From Marsupella aquatica (Eukaryota; Plantae; Marchantiophyta): DNA of 64,000 nt. This document shows, piece after piece, positions 36,201 through 54,253 of this stretch. Positions within the stretch are counted from its first letter, which is position 1. Each line of letters starts with the position of its first letter. The DNA lies in the NCBI GenBank assembly GCA_973895155.1, contig OZ316895.1, positions 1,753,094-1,817,093 of the forward strand, in the 5' to 3' direction. The notes beneath the pieces were generated by a model. The model was not told where the DNA came from and searched no databases. It saw nothing but the letters and a program-made list of their open reading frames with translations. The position numbers and the translations under genes were made by a program.

Positions 36201-36810
36201 ACTGAGTACCTACCCCAGCTATTAAATAGTTTTTAGTCCAGTAATCTCATTCTCCTGATTAGCTGTTTAATTGTAAAAAATAATGTACACACGGAGCGTT
36301 ACATCTAGATACTTTAGAATATTATTAAAATTGACATCATATGATTCTTTTTAGGATTCAGAAGAACTCTAAAAATATTTTGTCAATCATAGCACTAGCG
36401 TGCCTGGAGACAAAGGGCAGGCTCGTAAGACGTGGTGGGACCCAAAGGAGTCCATAAATAATTTTCCTAGGACCCACAGAGCTAAATCAATCTTCGGTTT
36501 AGGGCTGACCTGTCGTCAGAGTGGGGGCAACGAAACCAAGGTTTACGGAATGAGTCGATCTGCCACAGTTCAGGCTTCAGGGTTTAGCGTTTCCAGTTCT
36601 CCAAATTTCTACGCTTCCACACCAAATGGAAGGTTTGCCAGGTTTGAAGGATTCCCTGCCCTCAGGATTTTAATTGAATTGCGGGGTGTCCTGGTCTTCT
36701 GGTTGGAATGCTCTTCTGGCAGCGAAATGAAGTTGCTACGTCCTTAGAGCTAAGAAAAATCTTGTGTATAGGTAATGTGAAGAGTTTTTGATTGAGAGTA
36801 CGGAAGTACA

Positions 36811-41174
<4,364 letters not shown>

Positions 41175-44100
41175 AGGCTCGCTTCCTTATCTGAAAGACT
41201 GGTGACGTTTTACGGCTCTTGCTCTGCTTGGTTTGTATTCTCGTGCATCAGGACTTGAAAGGACTAATGTCTGTAGCATGATGATTATCTTGTCGCAGAT
41301 GATTTAAAACAGGAATTTTAGGGTGAGAATTGTTCTCTGTCGTGCATTGCTCAATTCAAGGTTGGTGCGACGCGGCTGGCGATTCAGATCCAGAGCAATT
41401 CTGTACTCCTTCGATCAAATAGCTACATTCAAATTTGAAATTTTGATTAAGGTTTCAGCTTTCTGATTGGAATGATTATTGTGACATGAGAGCTGGAATA
41501 GGGGATATCTTGTAAGATAGCAGAGGAACTTGTGGACATTATTCAGACAAGGCAAGCAATTCAAAAGTGGTTCTCCTATGCCAGCTTTACCCTGTCTGAA
41601 GAAAATGATTCGTCCCGAAGCTGCTCTTTGGGTTCCAAGGTCTGTAAGCAAGAATGAAATACCACTTTATTTCACAAGAATGATGTCCAAAATTTCCAAA
41701 AGCTATCACTCAGGTCCTTTAGGGTGGATGCCAGCTTGGGTCTTCACTGAGGTAATAGTTCGATTTAGCCCAAATCGGACAGCTTTCTGCGAGGAGCGTG
41801 TCTGGAAAACCATTTTACGCCATGTTTGATATGAAAAGCATACTGGTAAATAAGCCTGAGGTCAGAATGAATTTGCCATGGTCGATATGAAAGGCATACT
41901 GGTAAATATGCCGGAGGTAATTATGAAGTGATTACTCGTCAGTATGGCTCTTCTTGGAATTGTCGGCCACGAAGTGAAGAATATCATAAACACCGAAAGT
42001 GGCCCAGTATGGTACACGGTTTGTCTTATTAATGCACAGTCAATGAGGACAATCACATTATCAAATCTTCCGCATGTTACTGAAAGGCAGGGCAAGCAAA
42101 CGTAAAAACCTTCGTGATGTTACTGAACGCTGTAAATGTACGAGTGTCACCAAATTCGAAACTCTCCGACCTCCATTGTATAAACATTGTAGCTCTTGAC
42201 ACAGCAGTCAATAGGAATATTCACTTCTCGGAAATTCTTTTGTACCGGAGAGCACTTCAGTTTGGGAATCAGGATGGAACGGACTTCTCAAAAGATTCAC
42301 CCCAATCACCAATGGCATCTCTTCTAGGCTTTCAGTCTCCAATCTATTTGAGTGTTCCTGCAAAATATTCTCACTCGCTGTCTCAAATCGGTTACTTATG
42401 TATTGGACCGTGCAAAATAACTCTCACCTCCTGTCTCAAATCGGTCACCTATGTATTGGAGCGTGAGACCGAAGGAACTTTACAGTTTCAGTAAGTGACC
42501 ACATGCTGAAGAGCCCATCTAATATGACTGCAAGAGTGAATGCGCTTTGGATTAGATAGAGAGAACGGGGGGAAATAGTTTCCCATGAGCTCCTGCCTAA
42601 AGAAAGTGCAGCCCGCATTCCAACGTTCATCCGTTCTCATCATTTATTGTTATCAGTCTTTACTGAGTTCCCGCGCCAAAATATAAACGACTTGGTACCA
42701 GGAATCGCAACTGATTAGTCAAAAGAGACGTGGGAACCGCGAGGCAGAAGCGAGGGTGATCATTCTTACTAAAAAACCTACGGTACTCTTCAATGACGAC
42801 AATAAATCAGCAAACAGACGAGCGGGCAAGAAACCCTGGAAAGAATCCGAGAGACACGAATGTGATCATTTTTCTGACTAAACACACGTATTATCGAACA
42901 AGGACAAGCAGCTAGATGTAACCTGGAGAATGTGCTACAGATCTAACCTTGAGAATAAATAAGTACATTAGTGTACTGTAAACAGAAAGACGGTACGACG
43001 ACAAGAGACCCGACTCTGAAAATTGATCATTGTACTAATCATATCAGCAACCAGGAAGGGACTTTGCCTGGAATGAAAACAGAGGCATATGCGATTCTTC
43101 CTATGCAAAAAGTTTATGAAAATCTAACTACAGGATGACCCTTAGGACAAATAAGTGACTGATTTTTCGCTTCATAAGTTTATAAGTAGGAGATAAGACG
43201 AAAAAGGGGACAGACTGATCATCTCTTTCCCTGAATCAAAGCTTCACTATGAACATCCAACCTTCACATGAAGCCAAAAAAACAAACAGGCCGGATGAAA
43301 GAAAGCAACAACTTCGATTATTTTCTGACCCAACGGCATCTAATCTAATCTTCAACCAGGACGATAACATGCACTGCTAACAATATTTTGTCAGAAGAAC
43401 ATTCAAGATACCCTCATCATTTCTTCTGATGATGATCATCATTCTAATGATCAGTTTTATGACGAACGAAAATCCTCTTCATGATTGTAGTTCTTCCAGA
43501 CCGAACGCAGCCAAGGTCTTGCCACGATAGCACGTTACTGTTGGCAGAAATTTTTGACAAATTGTTATCATTTTGCTTCGGATGATGCATTTAATCCAGT
43601 TGTAACCATCATACTGTAATAAACTTGCACTGACGTTGGCAGCGACCTGTGGCTGTGCGATCATCATCCTTCATCCAAGATGGTTAAGAGAGTAATAACT
43701 AGATCTGTTTTTATAAGCGGGAACATTGATTATTTTTCCCTCAGCAATAATATGTCAAAGAATGATGATTACGAATGATTAGTGATAGCTCCCTTAGCAT
43801 ACTCTATTTATATGGTAAAATAAAAGCACACAACTTTTAGCAATATGAGATGGAAGATCACCAACCAGAAGATGCCTCAGTTCACTGTGCATCATCATAT
43901 ATACTTCTTTGTCAGGGTTTCTCAGAGCAAGGATCTCTTTTAGGGGAGAACCCAACACAAAAGCCTCACAATAGCAGTTGAGTGGTACTTTTAAAACTAC
44001 TGCATGTTTCTGCACATGGAACTGTTGTATCGAGAATTCGAGAATCTCCAACTTCCTTGAAACGCGGAAGCTGCCAGTATCCTCTGAAATAGTCCATTTT

Positions 44101-46053
44101 GTGCACTTTAAACTTTTTTCGAGAATCTGGGTTCTCCTTAGGACCGGAGGAGCTCGATTAGTTTGAAACCAGGGGCTTGCTTTGAAATATTTCGTTTGTC
44201 CATATGAAACTCCTACCAAGAATATGAAAGTGATGCTCTTTTTACGGCACTCATTAGAGGGTTTATTGTGTCCAGAAATTTTTCAAGAACAGAGTTTCAG
44301 CTGAAATATCTCCCTTTCTATGCAGCAGAATTGAACCTTCTTGAGCTGGTAAGAAGGTCATGAAAAGATATTTCCAACCAGTCTAATATCTCTAGTCTTC
44401 ATTAAATAGCTTAGAGAGTTATGAATTTCTAAAGATGACTCCACTCAGTGTTTACACTACATTCTTCTGAAAGTTTTATTGCAGCTAACTTTGACACTCA
44501 GTAGCTCCCTTGATATCCTATGGAATTTAATTTTCTTGGGCTAGTTAGAAAGTGGCTTTCAAATTTTCAAGATGACAGTTTCATTTTCTTTACACGTTTA
44601 AGTCACCTGTGCAGTCTGACTATATGAGCAGAAAGAGGTTTTGCTGCAGTCCAATCTGTGTTGCAACACTCTATCCCAGCCTTAGGCAAAATAATGTGGA
44701 GGTCCATCCAGTTTTGCTTCTGAAATCCATACTAGGGCGTTTCAAAGCTTCAAAATTGCGGATTATATCTTTTGACCACAAGCAAATGGTTGTAACTTTT
44801 TCACAAATTCATGCTTTTTTTATTAAAAACAATTCACTAGCCTCTACAGTGTTTTATGGTCATGGCATATGACCAATTTTAATGGCAATTCATAGTCCAG
44901 AACATTTTCTGTCTGTAATCTTAACTATTAGGCTCATCAAATTTGAAGCTTGCCCTAATGCTTCCAAATGTGATCAGAATAGAGCCATACTAAGATCCGA
45001 GCATATAATCAAACCCGGAGTTGCTCAGAGAAGCATGGGTGTGTGATAGTTCACTTGAGTTGAGACTCATAAATCTAGAGTTCAAATATTATGGTTGACT
45101 ATTTCCTTTATGTGAGATTTCAGAGAATTTCCCTTTTAATTATTACTTTAAAAAAAAAGTTTTAAAATCAAACCCGGAGGTCCATCTGGTCATCGTTTGC
45201 GTTGGGAACAGTCGACACTCAGCACCCGACAATTTCAACCGAAACTCCCGTCAAATTACCTGTCACAAATTTACAGTGACAATTGATGTATTTGCTTGAT
45301 TGACCTCCAAAATGAAACTTGTTACTTGTTAGACCCCCTGAGGTCTATCAACGGTCAAGATCTGAGATCTACAGGTCCAGATTGGAGAAAAGTATCGAGG
45401 GGATTGGTTGATTAAGCGACCTTTTTCCAGAAGGGGGTTTAGTAAGCATATGTCTCGTGACAATTTTAACCGAAACTCCCGTCAAATTACCCGTCACGAG
45501 TTACCCGACACGAATTACCCGTCACAGTGAGTACTCTCCGTCGTGTACTGTCGCAGAAAGGAAAGGGAAGGACGGACCCTCTGGCAAGCAACTGCCAGAC
45601 TGCCAGACAGCCAGACAGAGTGCTAGCCTTGTCCTACAGTCCTGCACTCCCCGAGATGCTCAATCGGGATCCTGTACAGGACGGTACCCGCAGTTACCCT
45701 CCGGTACAAGCCCGTCGTCGTCTTGCATGATGGTACGGCGCCGTCGGATTTGCACTTGTACCGTTGCCGTGACTCCCGTAAACCTGAGCGTTTCACGGTA
45801 TTTACAGTAGTTACATCCATCCGCTCGCCTACAAATAGCGACACTGTTGGTAGGGCCCGCAATTTACAAGGACTCATGAGGGACTGTTTCTGACAAAGTA
45901 ATGCATACAGTATCATGCATTTCTGCTAGAACATCGAGAAAAAAAGCCAATGGGAGCTGTTCAAACTTTGGTTGGGCCCGCAGGAAAGTGTTTAAATTTG
46001 GCGATATATTTCTTCACAGGGCAGGTTATGGCAGATGTAACATTTATTATAGA

Positions 46054-46110
46054 TAGTCTAGTCTAGTCTGACTAAATTAAACTAAACTAAACTAAACTAA
46101 ACTAAACTAA
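46054..46110. repeat. Compound pentanucleotide microsatellite (TAGTC)3-(ACTAA)8
   Basis: Read directly from the sequence; one unit is ATTAA. Confidence 0.95.
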
Positions 46111-47099
46111 GTGCATGGATGAACCTACAACTTCGTGAACATTACAATTTCCAGGACACTTAAATCTAAGAGCATCTCCAATGGTGCAAGCTATTTGCCT
46201 ACAGTCTACATTAAATATAGTGTAAAAGGATTTTTTTTAGGTTATTGTATATTGCAAAAATGAAATGTCAAGAAGCAAGCCCAATGGTTACTGGGTTTTT
46301 TAGTATCTCCTGACATATGCACCCTTGGATGCTAGTCATTGGATCTTGGAGAACCCAAAAATGAATCCTGTATTCAGTCAATGCATTGTACAATATCTCC
46401 GGTACAGATCCGGTAACCGAAAAACTCAATAAGGTCATAAATGAATAGCATTAGAGTAACCCATTGGGGTTGCCTATTTTGTTGAACCTTACTAGGTTTG
46501 GTAAACATAACCTTACAGTAGACCAACCCAGTAACCGATGAAGATGCTCTAAATCTAAATCTAAACACTGTACTATTCAATTTCACCTTCTTTTTTCTCA
46601 TGGTCTATTTATCAAATGTCATTCCAGCAGGAAGCATCCCGGACTGTTTGGTCATGGTGGCATGTTTTTCAACTATGAGATGGGCCCAAATGTGTCACTG
46701 TGCACGGCCTCGACATCCAACCCATCACTCTTCTCACTGTGCACCGCCTCCACACCCAACCCATCACTCTTCTCACTTCTTGCACACTCCTTGAAATCCA
46801 GTTGTCAGGCCTTGTTGATTCCCTGCAATGTCTAATTATGCCTGGCCATCTCACTATTTATATTTTCAGTTGCTTACAGTATTCCGCCTCCAAAAAGCTT
46901 TCACGGCAAATAGTTTCCTTATATTTCCCCATTGATATGCAACCAAATCTTGGTTCTAGGGCTCATTAGAAATAACTTGGAAAATATTTCCAAAAAGCCT
47001 AATATCGCCAAACTTCAGTAAAAACCAAAGACACAAATGGTTATGGTGTTCATGCTCACTAGCCTCACAGCAGTAGTGCAATAACCAATTTGCCAGTGT

Positions 47100-47403
47100 G
47101 CTAGTTTCCACTTACTCATTAATTAGTAATAAGGCCTGCTAGTTTCCACTTACTCATTAATTAGTAAGAAGGCCTGCTAGTTTCCACTTACTCATTAATT
47201 AGTAATAAGGCCTGCTAGTTTCCACTTACTCATTAATTAGTAAGAAGGCCTGCTAGTTTCCACTCACTCATTAATTAGTAATAAGGCCTGCTAGTTTCCA
47301 CTTACTCATTAATTAGTAAGAAGGCCTGCTAGTTTCCACTCACTCATTAATTAGTAATAAGGCCTGCTAGTTTCCACTTACTCATTAATTAGTAATAAGG
47401 CCT
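47100..47403. repeat. 38-bp minisatellite x 8
   Basis: gctagtttccact(t/c)actcattaattagtaa(t/g)aaggcct in contiguous copies with no spacers. Confidence 0.97.
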
Positions 47404-47594
47404 GAAAAAAACAGGCTTGACTTTTACGTATGCTAATTATGGTGTAACACTCTTTGACAACCATAACTATTCAAACTTATCATACTTCCCGTCCTAGCCT
47501 TCATCAAGTGTCATGACCATCCAACTGGTGTGTAGACATCTCGGGGGTCTCACTATATGGATGCCTCCCCATCGCCTGCAACGTTTTTAGGTCT

Positions 47595-47815
47595 CGGACC
47601 CCCTAAAATGTAAGAATTTTTTTTAATTTTTCAACCCCTATAAAGTTGTTAGAATATTCTTGAAATTTGGTTAGAAAGACCCTAATGTTCTGATAAGTCT
47701 CAAAATTGAATTTAAAAGACCTTATTGTTCTTCTGCAAAAATTCTTAAGTTTTCCCTTCAAATCAATAAAATGACCCTATCTTTCGTCGCACGTGATGTG
47801 CCATTTTTGTGAAAG
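47595..47815. mobile_element. Probable MULE/MITE-type terminal repeat arm remnant
   Basis: AT-rich segment with periodically spaced (ga)ccct motifs, ending in a gcacgtga...tgccattttt core. Confidence 0.3.
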
Positions 47816-50800
47816 TGAAACCCCCGAGGTAGATATGTGTTTCCTTCTATTCCAATTATATATCACAGTGCCAAAAGGCAAAAACGCCAAACTGGAAGAC
47901 ACTGCTCAATTCCTCTCATGTAGATTGATTGGTATTTAAGAATTCTTGCACCAAGGTACTCCAACTCGAAACACACAATTGTCTTTGGTGACGGTTTTTT
48001 GCCAAATTGATCATGTGCATTAACCCGACTAACCCAACTACCTGTTCTTTGAACATCAAAGGTGAGAAGAGCAAAACTTCTGTGAAAAATGAATCCTATG
48101 TTCAAAGAGAATATTCATGGTCTAAAGGCTTCACTTTAAAGCTTACTTAAGCCATAATTACCTTAGCTTAATTCTCTAGACCAGAACCATACCCTAGCTA
48201 GTCCATAAATTCTGATCCACCCGGGGATCCACCCAGCTCATAGATAACCTTGGCAGTGCAAACCTGACCGAGCAAGTTTACCGACTCACACCTGGACTAC
48301 TTTCCCCATATTGAAAATCTAGCAGATGGCAATCCTTGAGAGTTTCCTTTCTTGGCCCTGGAACTGCAGGTGGTGCTCAACACTGGATTAGACAAACCTA
48401 ACTAAACCAAGGATTTGAACAACACCAAACTGATCAAGATGGGAGTATTTGATAGCAGCGCTGTTCATAATGTGATGCTCCAGGTGAATAAACTAATTAA
48501 GAGCTGAAACAAACATTTTCTCTTTGGCCCACCTTGGATTGCCAAGGGATATCACTAATGTTGTCCTCGAATCGAGATTGTGGATCCCAATTCACTATGT
48601 TTCAATCCTAGTAAAATTCTCACCCACCGAAACATATGATTGAAGAGACCTCCACCAAAGCAAGCAGTGAAAGGTCGAAGCAGCCAAGCCAATTTGGTGG
48701 CCATAGACAATTCCGTGCCACAGGCGAGAGAAACAAAGCACACACGCCCAAGCTTGTAATTGCCGTGGTGTACGCTGAAAAGTGCAGATTGAGGGAAGGC
48801 ATTCTCTGACTGGCTTGACCCTGACTAACGAGCTGACAAAGAGACAGACGGGCAACAACAGCGGTCTTGACCGGCTAATGGAGTGGACTGGAACGGACCC
48901 ACTGATGAGGAGCAGACCAACCACAGATCGACAGAAGAATCGATCGATGCAAAAGAGAGGTGGGAATACCGTAGAGGTTTGGGAGAGAGAGCTATGACGA
49001 AATGATGGGCCTGTCACTGGAGGTGGGTACTTGTTGTTATGCTATGCTATCCTATAAATATGTCATAACTAGCAACATCTCGCTTGGCGACGCAGTGATT
49101 GATTGGATTGGGGCCTCCGTCAGTCCGTCTTCTCTACTGTAGTCCTCTTCCTCCTGCTGCTACCTGGCTGGCCTGACTTACCTGCTGTTTGCGCTCAGAG
49201 CCATGAAGTGATTCATGATCCTGGTGCGATACAGCTCTGATTGAGTCTAGGGAATATGACCGGATACACCGAAAGGTTCGTCATATTGTATTTAGATCGA
49301 GTGCTTGCTTGTCTTTTGTGGGAGAGTATCGAGGTCTAACATTTGCCATGCACGCGGGCTGTCTGCCAGAAGTGATACAGGACTACGGGAGAGTGGTAAC
49401 TGCTGATCTACGGCCCTCGAGGACCGGTAATGTTGGCTGATGCTGAAGAGAAGAGATTTGGGAACTCATAAGAATCTGAGGGAGTGCCATTACAGCAATG
49501 AGAGGGAGGGCTGAGAGTGGAAATGGGGGGAGTTGAAAAGGAGCAGTTTAGAGCAGAAGTATTCGTTCGGCAGAATGTGGGATTTCAATGGGAGGAGATG
49601 GGTTCCATCTCGGGAACCGGAATGCTATTGTCATGATCATCAAGTGGAGCAACAGCCGGAGGGGAAAGAGTTTCTGGTGTGGTTGCCGGAGGTCTACCAT
49701 ATTGAGATGAGCAACGAGCAGATCTTCGATGAAACTAATGGCCGCTCAACTGTAACCACTATTACTGCTGTCAGACTATTTTGTCATCACAGGACTCCTC
49801 CCCCAAAGCTGGTGAAGCGTGAGTTTGCATATGGATATGGATTGTTTTTCATTTTGACAGTTGATAGTCAGACTCAGACCTGTAACACAAGAATGTTATC
49901 TCGAGTGAATATCTGACTGCGCTCAGATTGTAGAGAATCTTCTTTGGCTGATTAGCGAAGTGAGAAAGAGAGTTGTGGGAATTCAGCGTCGTTCAGAGAA
50001 ATGCGTGGGTCCGGTGGTCGAGGAGGTCGTTTCCTTGAGTTTAGGACAACGATATCAATTGCTTTACCTATCTGCTACTCTTGCAATCGATTCCAAGAAG
50101 CCATTTGGTTGTGAATCGTCCCACAGCACACTCGTTGGTGGCTGCCTACCATAGAAATGTCTAAGGGAAAGAAAATGTTGGCTTGGTATATATCTTGTTC
50201 ACTGTTAGTATCGGAGCTGCATTGAACTGCGCAGGAAAGGATCATATTTGAGGCCTTATCTGCATTGTTAATATCTCTTGATTAGGTGCATTTGCGGATG
50301 TATGGAAGTGGACCCTCTCGTGGTTTATGAATTACCGTCCCTTCTCGAGGGTATGTGTTATTTTCGGTTGCCCATCTCGTGTATAGGTGGGAATGTTAGT
50401 GTTGCCCTTGGATGGGGCCTTTAGAGATGTATATATTACCACTGTACCTTCTTGCAGTGTTGAGTAGCGGCCGTCAGTCTGGAGCACAGGTGGGATCGGA
50501 AATTTTCTTTCCATTTGGGCGTGTAGAGGTTCACGGATCACTAGTGTACCTTCTTGAAATCCTGCGATATTGATTTTTCGATTTCGTGCGTTGGTGGGCT
50601 TGAGGCGTTGGGATTCTTGGATGATCAATGTACGGTCGTGGAACAGTCTAATCTCAACGGTGAATACAAGAGAACACTTAGATCGTTCACACTCCTGAAG
50701 GACTGTCTCGTTAGAGCTCTGTAACGACCAAGAGCAATCGTTATGAAAATATCAACGCCGGGTTTCAGTGTGAGTTCTAAGATCCTTTGGGTTAGTCTGT

Positions 50801-51550
50801 TACCTACTCATCGGACTCTCTAATCATGCAGGTGCCGAAGGCCACTCGATATGTACAATGTCAACAATTTGAAACTCCGGTTTTCTGAGCCTGCATCGGC
50901 TTCGCGTTCTCCATTGGTGGCTGTTGCAGACTCGCTATTTTGCCGGCATGGCCATAGACCAGCTTTCTTCAACCATGCAAGAGCTGTACGTGGTTCCTCC
51001 TAGGTAACGTAAACACTCATTGAATCCCCTCCCCCTGAACCGTACTTGTGGAGCTTCCTATTGAATCTTTTAAGTTAGCAAATCAAAACACATCATTGAA
51101 CTTGCACTTCTGGCTCCTCCACTGTGGGTTCTCACGGATATTAATTAGTACCTCTCTCACTCTCCCTGTCTCTCTCGCTCTCCCCGATTCATTCTTTTGG
51201 ATGGTAGCTCTTCGTTTGCTAACTAATTGAAGACAATATTCGCCCTAATGACTAAAGTCCGACTCTGTCTCTCCCTGGTGCTCCTCGACATGTGCGTCAA
51301 AATCATATCAGCTGACACTTTAGGCCAGTTAGCTTATGTAGTGTACATTTCCTCTTGCGACACTGCTCGGTTACGGCATTGCACGCCATTCGTCGAATGG
51401 CTGGTGAAGGCGACGATTTTTACTCACAGATCGGAGTTTGGTGCTGAAAACACTGTGGGTGGCTGATTTGTCCATATCTTCAGGGATGTCCGAGAAAGCG
51501 GGCGTCGTAATAGAAACACCGCAGGCTTGCGGTTCTGCTGCAATAGAGCC

Positions 51551-52723
51551 ATGGAGCAAGAGGGCTTCTGGAGTCCTCATCTTCCTGACGAAGTTCTAAG
51601 CATGATTCTGGCTTTTTTGCCTTTAATGAGCATTCTCCGGTGCAGACTTGTGGGGAAGAGGTGGAACCGTCTCGCTCAAGAGGCTCTCTTCCGGGAGACT
51701 TACGCTCGAGTATCTGGAGATCTCTCTCTTCAATACATCCAGTTGCTAGAAAAGTCACGAGCTTTTGCAGGCAGCGAACTGGTCTCCAGTGTAGGGGGCT
51801 TTCTCCTGGTGACCACGTTTGCCGAGGGCAGTGATCAGCTATTCCTTGTCAACACTAGGACTGCTACCCTCAAGCAGATACCAACAATGCTAAGATCGGA
51901 GAACAGTACGCATGATTTCTCAGTGATAGGGATGGTCATGTATCCAGAGACCAACGTGTGCAAGGTTTTGGCCGCCCAGGAAGGTGCTCGACCAGTGAGG
52001 TTTCAAACATACGATTCCAGCCTTGGTGCCTGGCAATGGACTGGAACATGGACTGTTCGGCAGCCCTGGAGCTGGAAGGAATCAAGCAGCAATCTCATCA
52101 CTTATCTGAACCATGAACGTTACAATGGAATTCCGGTCAGCTTTCATATCTTGGACGTCGCTCTTCACGATGGAGCTCTTCACTGCTTGTCCGTGGTGGC
52201 AGCACGCCATTTCCGCGTCTTACGCCTAGAACCAGGCTCCAACATGTGGGTTGAATTACGTGGACTCTTTCCTCCGACCGCGTCAAGCTTCATTTGTGAT
52301 TTCAGGTGCAAACCCGTACTCTTTAGAAACAAGGGTCGCCTCATGCTCGCAGGAGCTCAGGTCATAGAATCAACGTCGATCCGAATTACAGTGTGGAGGT
52401 ATGGGGAGGGCGCTCAGTGGATGCCGGTTGCTTCTGCCCTTCACCAAGTAGAGGGAGAGCATCCTGATGTGTGCGGTGTGCCGCATATAGACGACACGTT
52501 GTTTTACATGGATGCGTGTGGAGATCATCTCTGTCTGGGTGCATTCGCCAGTGTTAGAAACCCAGATCCGAAGGCAGTTCTATACAATATTCGCGAGGAC
52601 TCTCGGTTACTTACCAGGATTATAGCACAACAAGCTCACAAAAATTTGGTCTACTGGCAGAAGCGAGTCAAGGGTCACACAAGCGACCATCAAACGAGCT
52701 TCGTCCAAGTTCCAAGCTTATAA
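51551..52723 (+). CDS. F-box protein with a divergent kelch/FBA-like C-terminal region, intronless
   Basis: HLPDEVLSMILAFLPLMSILRCRLVGKRWNRL is an F-box. It is followed by SSVGGFLLV, LVNTRTATLKQIP, YDSSLGAW and HDGALHCL segments typical of plant F-box beta-propellers. Confidence 0.9.
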   Translation: MEQEGFWSPHLPDEVLSMILAFLPLMSILRCRLVGKRWNRLAQEALFRETYARVSGDLSLQYIQLLEKSRAFAGSELVSSVGGFLLVTTFAEGSDQLFLVNTRTATLKQIPTMLRSENSTHDFSVIGMVMYPETNVCKVLAAQEGARPVRFQTYDSSLGAWQWTGTWTVRQPWSWKESSSNLITYLNHERYNGIPVSFHILDVALHDGALHCLSVVAARHFRVLRLEPGSNMWVELRGLFPPTASSFICDFRCKPVLFRNKGRLMLAGAQVIESTSIRITVWRYGEGAQWMPVASALHQVEGEHPDVCGVPHIDDTLFYMDACGDHLCLGAFASVRNPDPKAVLYNIREDSRLLTRIIAQQAHKNLVYWQKRVKGHTSDHQTSFVQVPSL

Positions 52724-54253
52724 GGGAAACCCCGCGGCTATTTTATGTTGTAACAATTAGGAATTTACGTTGCACCAGTCGGGGCATTTCTTGTCTCTCG
52801 TCTTGGCGGCCTTTCTTTTGAATTATTTAATTGGTTACCTCTGTGTTCTCTAAACTGAAAGAATGTGCCGTCATTCCTATCGCTTGTTAACTATTTTGCC
52901 CTACTGTACTCTAGAGTAACTAAACAATGACGACTGAGGGCGATTGAAGAAGGAAGCTGAGGCTTGAAATCTAGACAGTCAAGGCCCCCATTATCTCTAG
53001 GCTAGAATCAACTTATAACGCAACTGATCTAATAAAAGACAGACCAATACTTCACACCAGTTCCTCAATGTTTGTTTCTATTAAGGTCTCAAGTAAGAAA
53101 GGAGGTATGCCGTCCTCAGGTTGAATGTAGGACTCCAAAGATGTATTGGGTAAGATCCCAATTCAATCGTGCACTCCCAAAAACCACGGTTCTTTGGCAG
53201 GATACAGAATCGCCAAGTCGCATGTCAACAGCTGGCTCTTTTGTGTTGATGAAGGATTGTCATGGGCAAGTCAGGCATTAAGGTTTTGCTCTTGTTCTGT
53301 TGGAAAGGGCAGAATTCTATCAAGAGGCAGAATTCTTGTGTTTCTTCTTTTGTTTCATTGGAGTTCCTAGCGTCCGTGTTTGTCTGTCAGGCTTAGATGG
53401 GACAACACGGCTTGACACAATATGAGTTGGGAACAAGAGGAAGGCTCAAACCGTGATTACAATACCTTGTCTCCTCAGACCAGAGATTACGATAATTACA
53501 TCCCGCTCGTAGGAGAACAATGTGTCTCGACAAGATGAGAACAATTGCTACCTTTCCATCTGACATAATTGTCCTTCGATACACAAAAGTATGGGCGTAT
53601 GAGCCGTACTTGGTCCTTCTCTGTTAGGAATTGCTAAAGTCTGAAGAAATCAGTTGGGTTTCGTGTGAAGACTTCTCTACTTCAAAAGTGACCCTTGCGA
53701 AAGTTCTCGGGTACACTGAAGTGTTTAGTATTCTTGGATGGGTCGTTTCCACAATGGTCACTTCAGCGGGACACAGAACCATTAAGACTTTATTAGGTGT
53801 GGTTGTGACCAGAAAGAAGGTTGGCTTGTCCATATGGAGGTTAGCCACTACCCTGCGGAATCTGCTCACAAAAAAATTGTGTATATCCAAGAACCAGCAC
53901 CCTAGAGACATGATGTGACCCTCTACTTGCTGGGCAAGAACCAGCACCCTAGAGCAAATTACGACACCATCTGACCCTCTACTTGCTGGGCATCGCTGCT
54001 AATATTCACTAAAATACTCTTACACTTGAAAAGCATGACATTATCTATCAAGACACAAAATTGGAGACTCATGGTTTGGCAGCTGGTCATACTGTGGCTC
54101 TGCAGAACTTCTGAAATGCATAGAGGGTATTTTTCAATAGAATGGTCCCTGATAGGAGTTCCTCTGTTAGTCACTTATATGGTCCCGTTTGCTAAGTTTT
54201 ATGCAGAGCTCACAGAATCTCATCCTTGTGTATCATACCAGATAACGTATATG

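Noticed and set aside
44290-44360. LKYLPFYAAELNLLE resembles the Tc1/IS630 LPPYSPELNPIE motif
   Set aside because: An isolated short match with no upstream DD motifs, ORF or TIRs; may be chance.
47100-47403. 38-bp repeats of CRISPR-like length with internal dyad symmetry
   Set aside because: The units are contiguous with no unique spacers, there are no cas genes, and the context is eukaryotic.
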